A stretch of 64,000 nt of DNA from Sulfurospirillaceae bacterium (lineage in GTDB: Bacteria > Campylobacterota > Campylobacteria > Campylobacterales > Sulfurospirillaceae): the NCBI GenBank assembly GCA_033723415.1, contig JAWVXD010000006.1:1-64000 (forward strand), written 5' to 3'. The translations under genes and the position numbers were made by a program. Below the pieces are notes generated by a model that searched no databases, had not been told where the DNA came from, and saw nothing but the letters and a program-made list of their open reading frames with translations. Positions 40,277 to 50,486 of this stretch are shown here, one piece after another; the first letter of the stretch is position 1, and each line of letters opens with the position of its first letter.

Positions 40277-41728
40277 TTAATGTTGCCATCTTATGTTCAA
40301 GCTTCTTGCAGCTTTGGTCTCATCTGCTCTACAGATAGGAAGTGTTTTTGGGTACTCACTAAAAGCTTCCGGATTACTTTTGGCTAACTCGATCGCATCG
40401 ATGACTTTCTCACAAAAATAATCTATAGTGTCGATGTTCTCTGTTTCTGTAGGCTCTATCATGATCGCTTCTTTTACTATCAAAGGAAAGTAAATCGTCG
40501 GTGCGTGAAGTCCGAAATCCAATAGATATTTTGCTATATCAAGTGCTCTTACATGATGCTCTTTTGCCAAAGTGGCTGCACTTAGTACACATTCGTGCAT
40601 ACAAAATGTATCAAACGGAGCATCTAGATAATTTTTTAATTTTGATAGTATATAGTTGGCATTGAGTACGGCTTTTTTACTGACATTGATCATGCCCTCT
40701 TTTCCTAGAGTCTGCATATACACCAAAGCCCTGAGCTCTATCATATAATTGCCGAAAAATGGAGATACTTTACCGATGCTTGATTCACTTTGAGGCAAAA
40801 GAAAGTAACCTTTTTCTTTTTCAAAACCAACTCTAAGATCAGGTAAAAACTCTATCAATCCCTTTTTTACACCAACCGGTCCGGCACCGGGACCACCGCC
40901 GCCGTGAGGAGTTGCAAATGTTTTATGCAGATTTAAATGCACCACGTCAAAACCGAGATCTCCCGGTCTTATGACTCCAAGTATAGCATTTAGATTTGCT
41001 CCATCATAGTACATCAGGGCATCATAGCTATGCGCAATATCGCATATCTCTTTTATCTGAGGATTAAAAAGCCCTAGCGTGTTTGGTACCGTCATCATGA
41101 CAGCAGCTACCTCATCACTCATAACGCTTTTGAAAGCTTCTAAATCCATATCTCCGTTTGCTCCTGATTTAACCGTGATCACTTCATAGTCAACCATAGC
41201 TGCACTCGCAGGATTGGTTCCGTGTGAAGAATCCGGTACGATCACATACTTTTTCTTATTGCCTTTTTTCTTGTGATATGCACCGATTATCATGATCCCG
41301 GTCATCTCTCCATGAGCTCCGGCTTCAGGCGTCAGCGTGAAAGTATCCATGCCTGTTATCTCATTTAACTCATCTTCTAATATCTTTAGCGTCTCTAGTG
41401 AGCCTTGCATATAAGCCGTATCGTTATTTGTGATATGATGAGGATGCAACGCGCTAAAACCTTCAAGTCCCGCCACTCGCTCTTGAATTTTCGGATTATA
41501 TTTCATCGTACAACTACCAAGCGGATAGAAGTTTGAATCTATAGAAAAGTTTCGTTTTGAAAGGTTAGTAAAGTGTCTAACCACGTCAAATTCACTAAGC
41601 TCAGGTAAGCCGATCTCTGTTTTTCTCGTGAGGGAATCGTTCAATTTTGCAGCATTGTCGATCTCGGATTTTGGCAGTTTTACGCCGACTCTTCCTACAT
41701 GTGATTTTTCAAACAAAGTAGCACTCAT
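40277..41728 (-). CDS. gcvPB: Glycine dehydrogenase (decarboxylating) subunit 2
   Basis: YPLGSCTMKYNP, HGTNPASA and HLNLHKTFATPHGGGGPG motifs. Confidence 0.96.
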   Translation of the reverse strand: MSATLFEKSHVGRVGVKLPKSEIDNAAKLNDSLTRKTEIGLPELSEFDVVRHFTNLSKRNFSIDSNFYPLGSCTMKYNPKIQERVAGLEGFSALHPHHITNNDTAYMQGSLETLKILEDELNEITGMDTFTLTPEAGAHGEMTGIMIIGAYHKKKGNKKKYVIVPDSSHGTNPASAAMVDYEVITVKSGANGDMDLEAFKSVMSDEVAAVMMTVPNTLGLFNPQIKEICDIAHSYDALMYYDGANLNAILGVIRPGDLGFDVVHLNLHKTFATPHGGGGPGAGPVGVKKGLIEFLPDLRVGFEKEKGYFLLPQSESSIGKVSPFFGNYMIELRALVYMQTLGKEGMINVSKKAVLNANYILSKLKNYLDAPFDTFCMHECVLSAATLAKEHHVRALDIAKYLLDFGLHAPTIYFPLIVKEAIMIEPTETENIDTIDYFCEKVIDAIELAKSNPEAFSEYPKTLPICRADETKAARSLNIRWQH

Positions 41729-43050
41729 ATTATCTCCTTAACGCTTTTAACAAAAGAGTCGATTTGAGCTTTTGTTCTTTTTTCTGTCACACTGATCAGT
41801 ACTCTGTTTTCAAAATTATCATATAGAGTATCCAGTTTTAAACCTGCAAAAAATCCTTTTTCACTCATCTTGTTCAAAAACTGTTCTGAACTCATCGGCA
41901 ATTCGACAACAAATTCGTTAAATGTCGGATTTTGGTTATAGATCTTGATATTTTTGATTTTTGCCAATTCGTCTCTCAAGTAGTTTGCTTTATTGTAATT
42001 TTGCAATGCTAATTTTCCAAAACCGTCTTTGCCTAAAAGAGACAAAAAGATCGTGGCACGAAGCGCCATAAGGTTTTGATTACTACAGATATTTGAAGTC
42101 GCCTTATCGCGTCTGATGTGTTGCTCTCTGGCTTGAAGTGTCAGGACATATGCTCTTTTCCCATTCATATCATCCGTCAGACCGACGATTCGACCCGGTA
42201 AGTTTCTTATATATTTTTCTTTTGTTGCCAAGATCCCAAAAGAAGGTCCGCCAAATCCCAAATAATTCCCAAGACTTTGCCCATCACCACAGTAAATATC
42301 TGCACCGATCTCACCCGGAGTCTTAATAAGTCCTAATGCTATCGGATATGAGCTCATAATCGCCAAAGACGACGCCTCATGCAGTTCGTTTATGATATTG
42401 CTATAATCTTCGATCGAACCAAAAAAGTTTGGATTTTGAAATATATATCCGGCAACGTCTTCATCGATCATGCTTTTATTCATAGACGATTTATCGCCTT
42501 TTGCTTCTAAACATACGACTTCCAAGTCATGATAAGCCAGATATGTTTTTACTATATTTGCGTATATCGGATTGACCCCGCTGTCTATAAGTATCTTCTT
42601 TTTCCTTGTTATACGTACCGCCATCAAAGCAGCTTCTGCCATAGCGGTTCCACCATCATACATCGAAGCGTTCGTTGCTTCCATTCCGGTTAGATTACAG
42701 ATCATCGTTTGATATTCGTATAGAGCTTGAAGCGTACCTTGCGATGCCTCTGCTTGATACGGTGTATAAGCAGTGTAAAATTCTGATCTCCCGGATAACG
42801 CATCTACGGCTGTCGGGATTATATGATCATAATATCCTCCACCCAAAAAGCAAACTTTTGAAGTATCATTTTTGGCTGATATTGCCTTAAATTCTTCATA
42901 TACTTCAAACTCGCTTTTTCCCTCTTCTATATTAAAGCTTTTTGCGCGAAGAGCGGTTGGAATCGAAGCAAACAGCTCTGATTCATCTTTGATCCCTATC
43001 TGGGAAAGCATTTTCTCTATGTCGTTTTTTGTGTGAGGAGTATAAGGCAT
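41725..43050 (-). CDS. gcvPA: Glycine dehydrogenase (decarboxylating) subunit 1
   Basis: EFYTAYTPYQAEASQG, NASMYDG and REQHIRRDKATSNICSN motifs. Confidence 0.96.
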   Translation of the reverse strand: MPYTPHTKNDIEKMLSQIGIKDESELFASIPTALRAKSFNIEEGKSEFEVYEEFKAISAKNDTSKVCFLGGGYYDHIIPTAVDALSGRSEFYTAYTPYQAEASQGTLQALYEYQTMICNLTGMEATNASMYDGGTAMAEAALMAVRITRKKKILIDSGVNPIYANIVKTYLAYHDLEVVCLEAKGDKSSMNKSMIDEDVAGYIFQNPNFFGSIEDYSNIINELHEASSLAIMSSYPIALGLIKTPGEIGADIYCGDGQSLGNYLGFGGPSFGILATKEKYIRNLPGRIVGLTDDMNGKRAYVLTLQAREQHIRRDKATSNICSNQNLMALRATIFLSLLGKDGFGKLALQNYNKANYLRDELAKIKNIKIYNQNPTFNEFVVELPMSSEQFLNKMSEKGFFAGLKLDTLYDNFENRVLISVTEKRTKAQIDSFVKSVKEII

Positions 43051-43059
43051 ATCGTCTCT

Positions 43060-43425
43060 CTAAAGTGTTTCTATGAAAGCTTGATAAGCGGCTTCATCCA
43101 TAAGCGCGTCAAATTCTAAGGCATCGCTTACCTTTATCTTCATGATCCAAGTATCTTCAGCTGCTTCGTTTAAAAGCTCCGGTGCACTTTCCAATTCTTC
43201 ATTGACGGCGATCACTTCACCGCTTAGCGGCAGATATATATCACTTGCAGCTTTTACAGATTCTATAAACGCAATGCTATCGTCTTTAGCAGCACTCTTA
43301 CCTATCTCAGGAAGTTCGACAAAAGTAATATCTCCTAGTTGATCCACTGCATATTTTGACAAACCGATAGTCGCTTCATCGCCTTGTATTGTTGCCCATT
43401 CGTGTTCGATACTGTATCTTTTCAT
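43060..43425 (-). CDS. gcvH: Glycine cleavage system H protein
   Basis: HEW, LGDITFVELP and lipoyl-lysine motif IESVKAASD. Confidence 0.96.
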   Translation of the reverse strand: MKRYSIEHEWATIQGDEATIGLSKYAVDQLGDITFVELPEIGKSAAKDDSIAFIESVKAASDIYLPLSGEVIAVNEELESAPELLNEAAEDTWIMKIKVSDALEFDALMDEAAYQAFIETL

Positions 43426-43451
43426 TTATTACTCCATATATAGTTTATTTA

Positions 43452-44519
43452 TTATTTATAAAAAGGAAGTGTCGCTTTGTATATTTTCACCATTCCTCTT
43501 TCATTTTTTAATTCCAGGTCATCTTCTTCCCTATAAAGGGCACTGTCTACTAACCCAAGTCCTATGCCTTCACCAACAGAAGGTGAAAATGTACCACTAG
43601 TCACCACTCCGATCTTCTCTCCTCGTTGAAAGATTTCAAATCCATGCCTTGGCGCTCTTTTTGACTTGGTTGTGAAGGCTATGATCTTTCTAGGTATACC
43701 GTTTGCTTTTTGTTCTTCCAAAGCAGCTCTTCCTGTGAAGTTCTTATCAAATTTCACAAATGATTCTAAGCTTGCTTCAAGAGGAGTGATACTTTCATCA
43801 AGCTCATTACCGTATAAGCTATATCCCTTCTCAAGTCTTAAAACATCTCTTGCTCCAAGTCCGGCAGGAGTTGCACCAAGACTTACAAGTTTATCCCAAA
43901 GAAGAGGTGCTGTTTTGTTGTCTATGTAAAGTTCATATCCAAGTTCGCCCGTATAACCTGTTCGGCTGACAATCGCACTGGAATCAAGTAAAGTAGTCTC
44001 TTTAAAACCAAAATATTTTAGTTCATCTAAATCAAAAGGCGTTATGAGTTGTAGTATTTCTTTGGATTTTGGTCCTTGTATATCTATCTTGGAAGTTACA
44101 TTTGATCTGTCTTCAAATGTACCGCTTTTTATGTGTGATTGTATCTGTTTGAAATCTACATCTATTCTAGCGGCATTTACTACGAACATGAGACGATTTT
44201 CACTGAGTTTATAGACGATAAGATCATCTATTACCCCGCCCTTTTCATTTAACAAAAAACCATATTTGCATTTACCCACAGGCAGTTTTGCAAAATCAGT
44301 CGTAGCTGCAACGTTAACTCCGCTATTTTCGATATCTCCCTCATAAAAAAACTCTCCCATATGAGATATATCGAAAAGAGCTGCAGCATTTCTACAAGCA
44401 TCATGCTCTTTTATGATACCTTCATACTGTACAGGCATCTCCCAACCACAAAATCCTATACTTTTAGCATTTAACTGCTGATGTTTTTCAAACAAAACAG
44501 TTCTGTTTAGTTCATCCAT
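43452..44519 (-). CDS. gcvT: Glycine cleavage aminomethyltransferase T
   Basis: GWEMPVQY, FDISHMGE, SRTGYTGELGYE and GLGARDVLRLE motifs. Confidence 0.96.
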   Translation of the reverse strand: MDELNRTVLFEKHQQLNAKSIGFCGWEMPVQYEGIIKEHDACRNAAALFDISHMGEFFYEGDIENSGVNVAATTDFAKLPVGKCKYGFLLNEKGGVIDDLIVYKLSENRLMFVVNAARIDVDFKQIQSHIKSGTFEDRSNVTSKIDIQGPKSKEILQLITPFDLDELKYFGFKETTLLDSSAIVSRTGYTGELGYELYIDNKTAPLLWDKLVSLGATPAGLGARDVLRLEKGYSLYGNELDESITPLEASLESFVKFDKNFTGRAALEEQKANGIPRKIIAFTTKSKRAPRHGFEIFQRGEKIGVVTSGTFSPSVGEGIGLGLVDSALYREEDDLELKNERGMVKIYKATLPFYK

Positions 44520-44672
44520 ATTTACTCTTTTTGTTGAATTTTAAAATGTTTAGATTATGGCAGAAATTATATTTGAAAATTATAAAAGTTGATGTAATTT
44601 TGTGTTTATTATTTACTCAATCACCATAAATATATAACAAAAATCACATCAAACTGTTTTTATTTGTTAGAT

Positions 44673-45782
44673 TTATAATTCATTCAAAACTTCTGAAAGT
44701 TTTTTGGCTATAACTTGATAATTTCTTACTTCTAGAAGTCTTTTTTGTCCTAACTCTCCCATTTCTCTAATTTTATCTTTAGGAATATCTATGATTTTTT
44801 CCAAATTTTCAGAAATTGATTTTACATTAAAATCACAAAGCCAAGCATTTATCCCATTTTCAAAGATCGAACTGTTCTGTTTATTGTTTGACATAAGAGA
44901 AGGTATACCGCCGGTATAATAATCCATGATCTTTAAATGCACAGAAGTCTTAAATATATCTATATCCGGTAAAAGTGATAATCCGACATCACATTTGGAC
45001 ATCAAATCTAAAAGCTCTTCTTTTGTATTTGCTTTGGAGATATGAACTTTATCTGTAATTGCTGCATAATTTTGTAAACATGACTTGGCATACTCTACAT
45101 CATTTGTTGATATGTTCAATTCCCAGTTGTCTTTTTTAAGTACGTTAAATGCTTCTAAGACCAATTCAAAATTTCTAAGTTTAGTAAGTGTTCCTATATA
45201 GGCAAATACTGTTTTATCATCATCTCTTGCTTCTTTCTTTTGAATTCTATCAGGATCTATGGCTGAAGGGATCGTAAACATTTTAACATTAACATCAGGA
45301 TAGTAAACTTCTTGCATCTCTTTTGAGGTCGGTAAAAAGATATCGCATCTATTGATCATTTTCGCTTTTATATAAGTCTTTACTTTATGATCTACTACTT
45401 GTATCAAGCTTGATCTATTTTCAGCTTTTGCTCTCTCTAGCGATGCTGAAACTTTCGGGAAAGAGAGTCTGAACCCGACTTTCAAATTGTATTTTTCTTT
45501 TTTATCCAATACATACTCTAAAACATCAAGCATATTTCGCACTATCACACAATCATAACTTGAAACATCTATTCCGCTATCTTCTAAACAAGGGAATAAG
45601 TTCCTTTTTTCAAATTCAGGTATTATCAAATGGTTGTTTTTTCGTCCTATTGTACTCTTAAATTGCGAAAAATATATAATATCTATATTCAGATGAAGAG
45701 GAAGATATTTTTCAAAAAGCGGGCCTATAAAATTATGTTCGGAATACTCTTCTCTGTCTGTAATATATAAAACCTTTTTCAT
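44673..45782 (-). CDS. GT4-like glycosyltransferase
   Basis: YIGTL..LR and CDVGLS...KIMDYY..GIP motifs; GGAGG RBS before ATG 45782. Confidence 0.75.
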   Translation of the reverse strand: MKKVLYITDREEYSEHNFIGPLFEKYLPLHLNIDIIYFSQFKSTIGRKNNHLIIPEFEKRNLFPCLEDSGIDVSSYDCVIVRNMLDVLEYVLDKKEKYNLKVGFRLSFPKVSASLERAKAENRSSLIQVVDHKVKTYIKAKMINRCDIFLPTSKEMQEVYYPDVNVKMFTIPSAIDPDRIQKKEARDDDKTVFAYIGTLTKLRNFELVLEAFNVLKKDNWELNISTNDVEYAKSCLQNYAAITDKVHISKANTKEELLDLMSKCDVGLSLLPDIDIFKTSVHLKIMDYYTGGIPSLMSNNKQNSSIFENGINAWLCDFNVKSISENLEKIIDIPKDKIREMGELGQKRLLEVRNYQVIAKKLSEVLNEL

Positions 45783-45877
45783 TGTTACAACCTCCATAAA
45801 CTTTATTTTAAGAGCCCATGACAACATAGGCAATTATCATATTGTAACAAAAAAAATAAATTTTAATTCATCTTGAG

Positions 45878-45909
45878 ATAAAAATCACTAAAATAAAAAT
45901 CACTAAAAT
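45878..45909. repeat. 15-bp tandem direct repeat in a divergent promoter region
   Basis: ATAAAAATCACTAAA occurs twice (45878-45892, 45893-45907), followed by AT. Confidence 0.8.
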
Positions 45910-45994
45910 CCTTTTTTACACACTAATGTCAATTTTATAAAACAAAAAAAATAGTACAATATCTTTTTTAAACAAAAATCACGAAGGAACTAGC

Positions 45995-46369
45995 ATGGAA
46001 AACAAGATTTATGAAGATGATCTGATCTATATAGAATTCGAGAAATCTGAAATTCCATGGCTTAAGATCTTTCCAATAAAAAAAGTAAAAGAGTTGAGCG
46101 AATGTGATGACATGACAAGAAAAAAACTATTTGATGTCATGTTACTTATAGAAAGACAGATGCTCCTTTATTATAATCCGACAAAGATAAATATCGCTTC
46201 TTTTGGAAACTATCTTCCGCATCTTCACATCCATGTCATGGCACGATTTGCTGAAGATTCTTATTTCCCCGAACCGATGTGGGGCAAGAAACAAAGAGAA
46301 GCGAGACTAAATTTACCGGATTTTGAAACATTTAAGCAACGACTTTTGAAACAGTTGCCCCTTTTGTAA
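45995..46369 (+). CDS. HIT family protein
   Basis: KINIASFGNYLPHLHIH histidine triad. Confidence 0.9.
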   Translation: MENKIYEDDLIYIEFEKSEIPWLKIFPIKKVKELSECDDMTRKKLFDVMLLIERQMLLYYNPTKINIASFGNYLPHLHIHVMARFAEDSYFPEPMWGKKQREARLNLPDFETFKQRLLKQLPLL

Positions 46370-46787
46370 TCTCACCGCCTTTAATGATCTTGCAATATAA
46401 TCCTCTGTGATTCTTTATGAGTTTCGGTAATTTTGCACCAAATACGCTTAAGTGATTGCAAAGTGTGCATTTTTGAGTTATTTCTATGATAGTATCTCCT
46501 ACTTGAAGTAAGACTCCTACTTCAAGCTCATGAGGGTCAAAATCAAACAGTATATTTTCTCCAAAGCTCCCGTTCTTTAAAGACATACCATTTTCAAAAG
46601 CTATGTCATATGATCTTTGTCCGATGATCATAACTGTTTTCTCTAGATCATCTCCTGCAAACTTATCATGTTCAATACCGTATCCTTCGATAAGTGTCAG
46701 CTTTTCTACTATAGGTCTAGGAAGACCGCTTGAGTTTATATCGGCGCTAAATACATCTTTAACTATGCCAAGTTTTTTTTCTTCCAA
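46332..46787 (-). CDS. MOSC-domain protein
   Basis: FGENI, EITQKCTLC and RGLYCKII.GG.I..G motifs. Confidence 0.88.
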   Translation of the reverse strand: MEEKKLGIVKDVFSADINSSGLPRPIVEKLTLIEGYGIEHDKFAGDDLEKTVMIIGQRSYDIAFENGMSLKNGSFGENILFDFDPHELEVGVLLQVGDTIIEITQKCTLCNHLSVFGAKLPKLIKNHRGLYCKIIKGGEITKGATVSKVVA

Positions 46788-46952
46788 GACTTCACCCTTA
46801 AATTATAACTTTGAAATCATTATAGCAAATTTGTTTTAAAATATTTAAATCTTACACTTCATGACTAATAGAATTACTTTATTTTTTTTAAGCACTATAC
46901 TATGAAACTTTGCTACAATATTGCTGAAAAAAAAATTACTTGGAGGCAATTA

Positions 46953-48545
46953 ATGAGAAAAGTACTTGTTATGGCTTTGTTACTTTTAACAACCATAGTA
47001 TATGCTGCACCTAGATATGGTGGCACTCTTGTATTTGGTAGAGGAGGAGATACTTCTACTATAGATCCTGGACATTCGACTGACGGTGAGAGCTTTTATG
47101 CTTCAACTCAGGTATATGACAATCTTGTCCAGTTTAAATACGGTACTACACAAATCGTACCTGGTCTTGCTAAATCTTGGGATATTTCCAAAGATGGACT
47201 TACATATACATTTCATCTAAGACATGGTGTATATTTCCATCCTACAAAATTTTTCAAGAAGAAAGTTGAATTTACTGCTGATGACGTAGTATTCTCACTA
47301 AAGCGACAATTTGACAAAAAAAATCCTTTCTATAAAGTCGGTGGATCTTATGAATATTGGTCTGCTATGGATATGGACAATATAGTCAAAGATGTTGTCA
47401 AAGTCGATAAATACACAGTAAAAATTTTACTAAAGAAAAGAGAAGCTCCTTTTATAGCCAATATGGCGATGGACTTTGCTTCTATTCTTTGTAAATCATT
47501 TGCATATGATCTTCTTAAAAAAGGAAAAGCCGGAGATCTAAACCGTCTTGCCGTAGGAACAGGACCTTTTTATCTTATCAAATGGATAAAAGACGATCGT
47601 ATCATATTTGGCGCAAATAAAAACTACTGGGGAGGAAAACCTTATATCAATAAATTGATCCTCAAAGTAATTCCTAATAACTCTGTTCGTGCAGCTGAGT
47701 TAAAAACTGGTTCGATCCAGATAATGGACTTCCCAAATCCTGAAGAAGTTTCAACTTTACGAAAAAATCCAAAACTTAAAATCGTAGAACAAGAGGGACT
47801 TAATGTCGGTTATTTGGCAATGAATGTTGATAAAAAACCTTTTAACGATGTCAGAGTTCGTAAAGCTGTAAATTATGCTATAAATAAAGCAGCAATCGTA
47901 AAAGCGATCTATGCAGGTCTTGGAAAAGTTGCGAAAAATCCAATCCCACCGACTATGTGGAGCTACAATAACAAGATCAAAGATTATACATACGATCCTG
48001 CAAAAGCAAAAGAGCTCTTAAAAGAAGCAGGTCTTCCAAACGGTTTTGAAACAACACTTTGGGCTATGCCTGTACCTCGTCCTTACAATCCAAACGGAAG
48101 AAAAGTAGCTGAAGCGATGCAATCTGATCTTGCAAAAGTCGGTATAAAAGTTAAAATTGTAAGTTATGACTGGGGTACATATCTTCAAAAAACCAAAATG
48201 GGCGAACATGATATGGCGCTTCTTGGTTGGACTGGAGATAACGGAGATCCGGATAACTTCCTATTCACCCTTCTTAGTAAAGCAGCTGCAAACAAGCCTG
48301 CATCTAACATTGCATTTTGGAAAAATGACAAATTCGATAAGCTTGTAACAGAAGCAAAAGAAACTGCAAATATTGCAAAAAGAACTGAACTTTACAAAGA
48401 AGCTCAAGTTGTTTTTCATGACCAAGCTCCTTGGGTAACACTTGCAAACTCTATTGTTGTAGAACCAATGTCTAAAAAAGTCCACGGATTCAAACTTGAT
48501 CCGGTCGGAAAAAGAAGATTCAATACTGTTTGGTTATCTAAATAG
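46953..48545 (+). CDS. dppA: Dipeptide ABC transporter substrate-binding protein
   Basis: Signal peptide; PGLAKSW, GTGPF, AMPVPRPYNPN and GWTGDNGDPDNF motifs; GGAGG RBS before ATG 46953. Confidence 0.93.
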   Translation: MRKVLVMALLLLTTIVYAAPRYGGTLVFGRGGDTSTIDPGHSTDGESFYASTQVYDNLVQFKYGTTQIVPGLAKSWDISKDGLTYTFHLRHGVYFHPTKFFKKKVEFTADDVVFSLKRQFDKKNPFYKVGGSYEYWSAMDMDNIVKDVVKVDKYTVKILLKKREAPFIANMAMDFASILCKSFAYDLLKKGKAGDLNRLAVGTGPFYLIKWIKDDRIIFGANKNYWGGKPYINKLILKVIPNNSVRAAELKTGSIQIMDFPNPEEVSTLRKNPKLKIVEQEGLNVGYLAMNVDKKPFNDVRVRKAVNYAINKAAIVKAIYAGLGKVAKNPIPPTMWSYNNKIKDYTYDPAKAKELLKEAGLPNGFETTLWAMPVPRPYNPNGRKVAEAMQSDLAKVGIKVKIVSYDWGTYLQKTKMGEHDMALLGWTGDNGDPDNFLFTLLSKAAANKPASNIAFWKNDKFDKLVTEAKETANIAKRTELYKEAQVVFHDQAPWVTLANSIVVEPMSKKVHGFKLDPVGKRRFNTVWLSK

Positions 48546-48558
48546 TCTTTTCTTAACA

Positions 48559-48586
48559 ATGTCGGCATCATTTTTGATGCCGACAT
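48559..48586 (+). terminator. Intercistronic hairpin after dppA (stabiliser or attenuating terminator)
   Basis: ATGTCGGCATCA-TTTT-TGATGCCGACAT perfect inverted repeat. Confidence 0.6.
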
Positions 48587-48612
48587 AAACCACTACAATA
48601 ATAGGAGTTCCT

Positions 48613-49617
48613 TTGTTCAGTTATATTATAAAGCGCCTTTTATGGTCTGTTCCGACTCTTTTTGGCGTTTCACTACTTGTATTTTTTATGATTCATCTAA
48701 GCCCTGGGGACCCTGCTATCATGCTTCTTGGAGATCATGCCAACCAAGCATCCGTCGAAAAAGTCCGCAAAGAGATGGGTTTTGATAAGCCATTATATAT
48801 ACAATATTATATTTTTGCAGATAAAGCATTACATGGCGATTTTGGGAATTCACTCAGAACGCAGCAACCTGTCATTGATGAATTTAAAGACCGCTTCCCG
48901 GCCACAGTAGAGTTGGCAAGTGTTGCGATGATCTTGGCCATTATTTTTGGTATAGGTGCGGGAGTCGTATCTGCCATAAAACGTTACTCTATATTTGATT
49001 ATTCGAGTATGTTTGTAGCACTTGCCGGAGTTTCGATGCCGGTTTTTTGGCTAGGACTGATCATGATCTATTTTTTCTCGGTCAAATTAGGATGGCTCCC
49101 GGTTTCCGGACGACTAGGCTATGAATTTGATGTCGATAACGTCACCGGATTTTATCTCATCGATACTCTTTTAGCTCATGATGTTCCGGCTTTTTGGGAT
49201 GCTTTAAAACATCTCATCCTTCCGGCAATTGCACTGGGTACCATCCCTATGGCGATCATCGCCAGAATGACAAGATCTGCTATGATCGAGGTCATGAAAG
49301 AAGATTATATAAGAACTGCAAAAGCAAAAGGATGCTCGACCTTTTCGGTTATCTTCGTACACGCCCTAAGAAATGCCATGATGCCTGTCATCACTGTTAT
49401 CGGATTAATGCTAGGGACGTTGTTTGCAGGTGCTATTCTAACGGAGACGACATTTTCATGGCCCGGAATCGGCAAATGGATCGTCAATGCCGTTTATCAG
49501 CGAGATTTTCCCGTCATACAAGCCGCTACGCTGATTATCGCTACGATGTTTATATTTGTCAATTTATTAGTTGACCTGACTTATGCATTAATAAATCCAA
49601 AAATAAGGCTTAGCTAA
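48613..49617 (+). CDS. dppB: Dipeptide ABC transporter permease
   Basis: PGDPA, RFPATVEL, SMPVFWLG and EAA loop EDYIRTAKAKG. Confidence 0.93.
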   Translation: MFSYIIKRLLWSVPTLFGVSLLVFFMIHLSPGDPAIMLLGDHANQASVEKVRKEMGFDKPLYIQYYIFADKALHGDFGNSLRTQQPVIDEFKDRFPATVELASVAMILAIIFGIGAGVVSAIKRYSIFDYSSMFVALAGVSMPVFWLGLIMIYFFSVKLGWLPVSGRLGYEFDVDNVTGFYLIDTLLAHDVPAFWDALKHLILPAIALGTIPMAIIARMTRSAMIEVMKEDYIRTAKAKGCSTFSVIFVHALRNAMMPVITVIGLMLGTLFAGAILTETTFSWPGIGKWIVNAVYQRDFPVIQAATLIIATMFIFVNLLVDLTYALINPKIRLS

Positions 49618-50486
49618 TGGAAACTATTACTATGATTTTGGAATTTATAAAACAGTTTAAGAAAAATAAATCTGCAGTATTTGGATTTTTTATCATCTTA
49701 GTTTTGGTCATATTCGCGATCTTTGCACCACTCATCGCACCGCATGGTCCGATCGATCAAGACCTGGCCAAAAGATTGATACCGCCTCTTTGGGATGAAG
49801 GAGGACATATCTCGCACATTCTTGGAACCGATGATTTTGGAAGAGACCTTTTCTCAAGAATCGTTTACGGGGCTCGTATCTCGATCATGATTGGGGCTAT
49901 TTCTGTAGGAATTTCACTATTTTTCGGCCTCATAATGGGTATATTTTCCGGATATTTCGGCGGTAAAGTCGATACTCTTATTATGCGAATTGTTGATATT
50001 ATGCTGTCTATCCCGGCAATTTTACTTGCAATCGTTATAGTTTCGATACTAGGACCAAGCCTTTTCAATGCCATGATAGCAATAGGAATAGTGGGCATTC
50101 CAACCTATGCCAGGATCGTTCGTGCATCGGTTTTGGGAGAGAGGGAAAAAGAGTATGTTATAGCAAGTAGAGTCAACGGCTCAAGCAATCTAAGACTTAT
50201 GTTTAAAGTTATCCTTCCTAACTGTACCACACCTATAATCGTACAAGCCACTATGGGTTTTGCTTCTGCCGTATTAGAAGCTGCCGGACTTAGCTTTTTG
50301 GGACTTGGTGCACAACCGCCTACTCCGGAATGGGGTGCAATGCTAGCAGACTCCCTCCAATACATAACAACTGCTTCATGGATGATATTTTATCCAGGTC
50401 TTGCAATATTTTTTACCGTTCTTGGTTTCAATCTTGTCGGTGATGGACTTATGGATGTTCTTGATCCAAAGCTAAAGGAGAAATGA
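49617..50486 (+). CDS. dppC: Dipeptide ABC transporter permease
   Basis: LGTDDFGRD, GARIS and LSFLGLGAQPPTPEWG motifs. Confidence 0.93.
   Translation: METITMILEFIKQFKKNKSAVFGFFIILVLVIFAIFAPLIAPHGPIDQDLAKRLIPPLWDEGGHISHILGTDDFGRDLFSRIVYGARISIMIGAISVGISLFFGLIMGIFSGYFGGKVDTLIMRIVDIMLSIPAILLAIVIVSILGPSLFNAMIAIGIVGIPTYARIVRASVLGEREKEYVIASRVNGSSNLRLMFKVILPNCTTPIIVQATMGFASAVLEAAGLSFLGLGAQPPTPEWGAMLADSLQYITTASWMIFYPGLAIFFTVLGFNLVGDGLMDVLDPKLKEK

Noticed and set aside
44520..44672. Glycine riboswitch upstream of gcvT
   Set aside because: The region is very AT-rich and lacks the GGAGA...CCGAAG/CTCTCAGG aptamer motifs.
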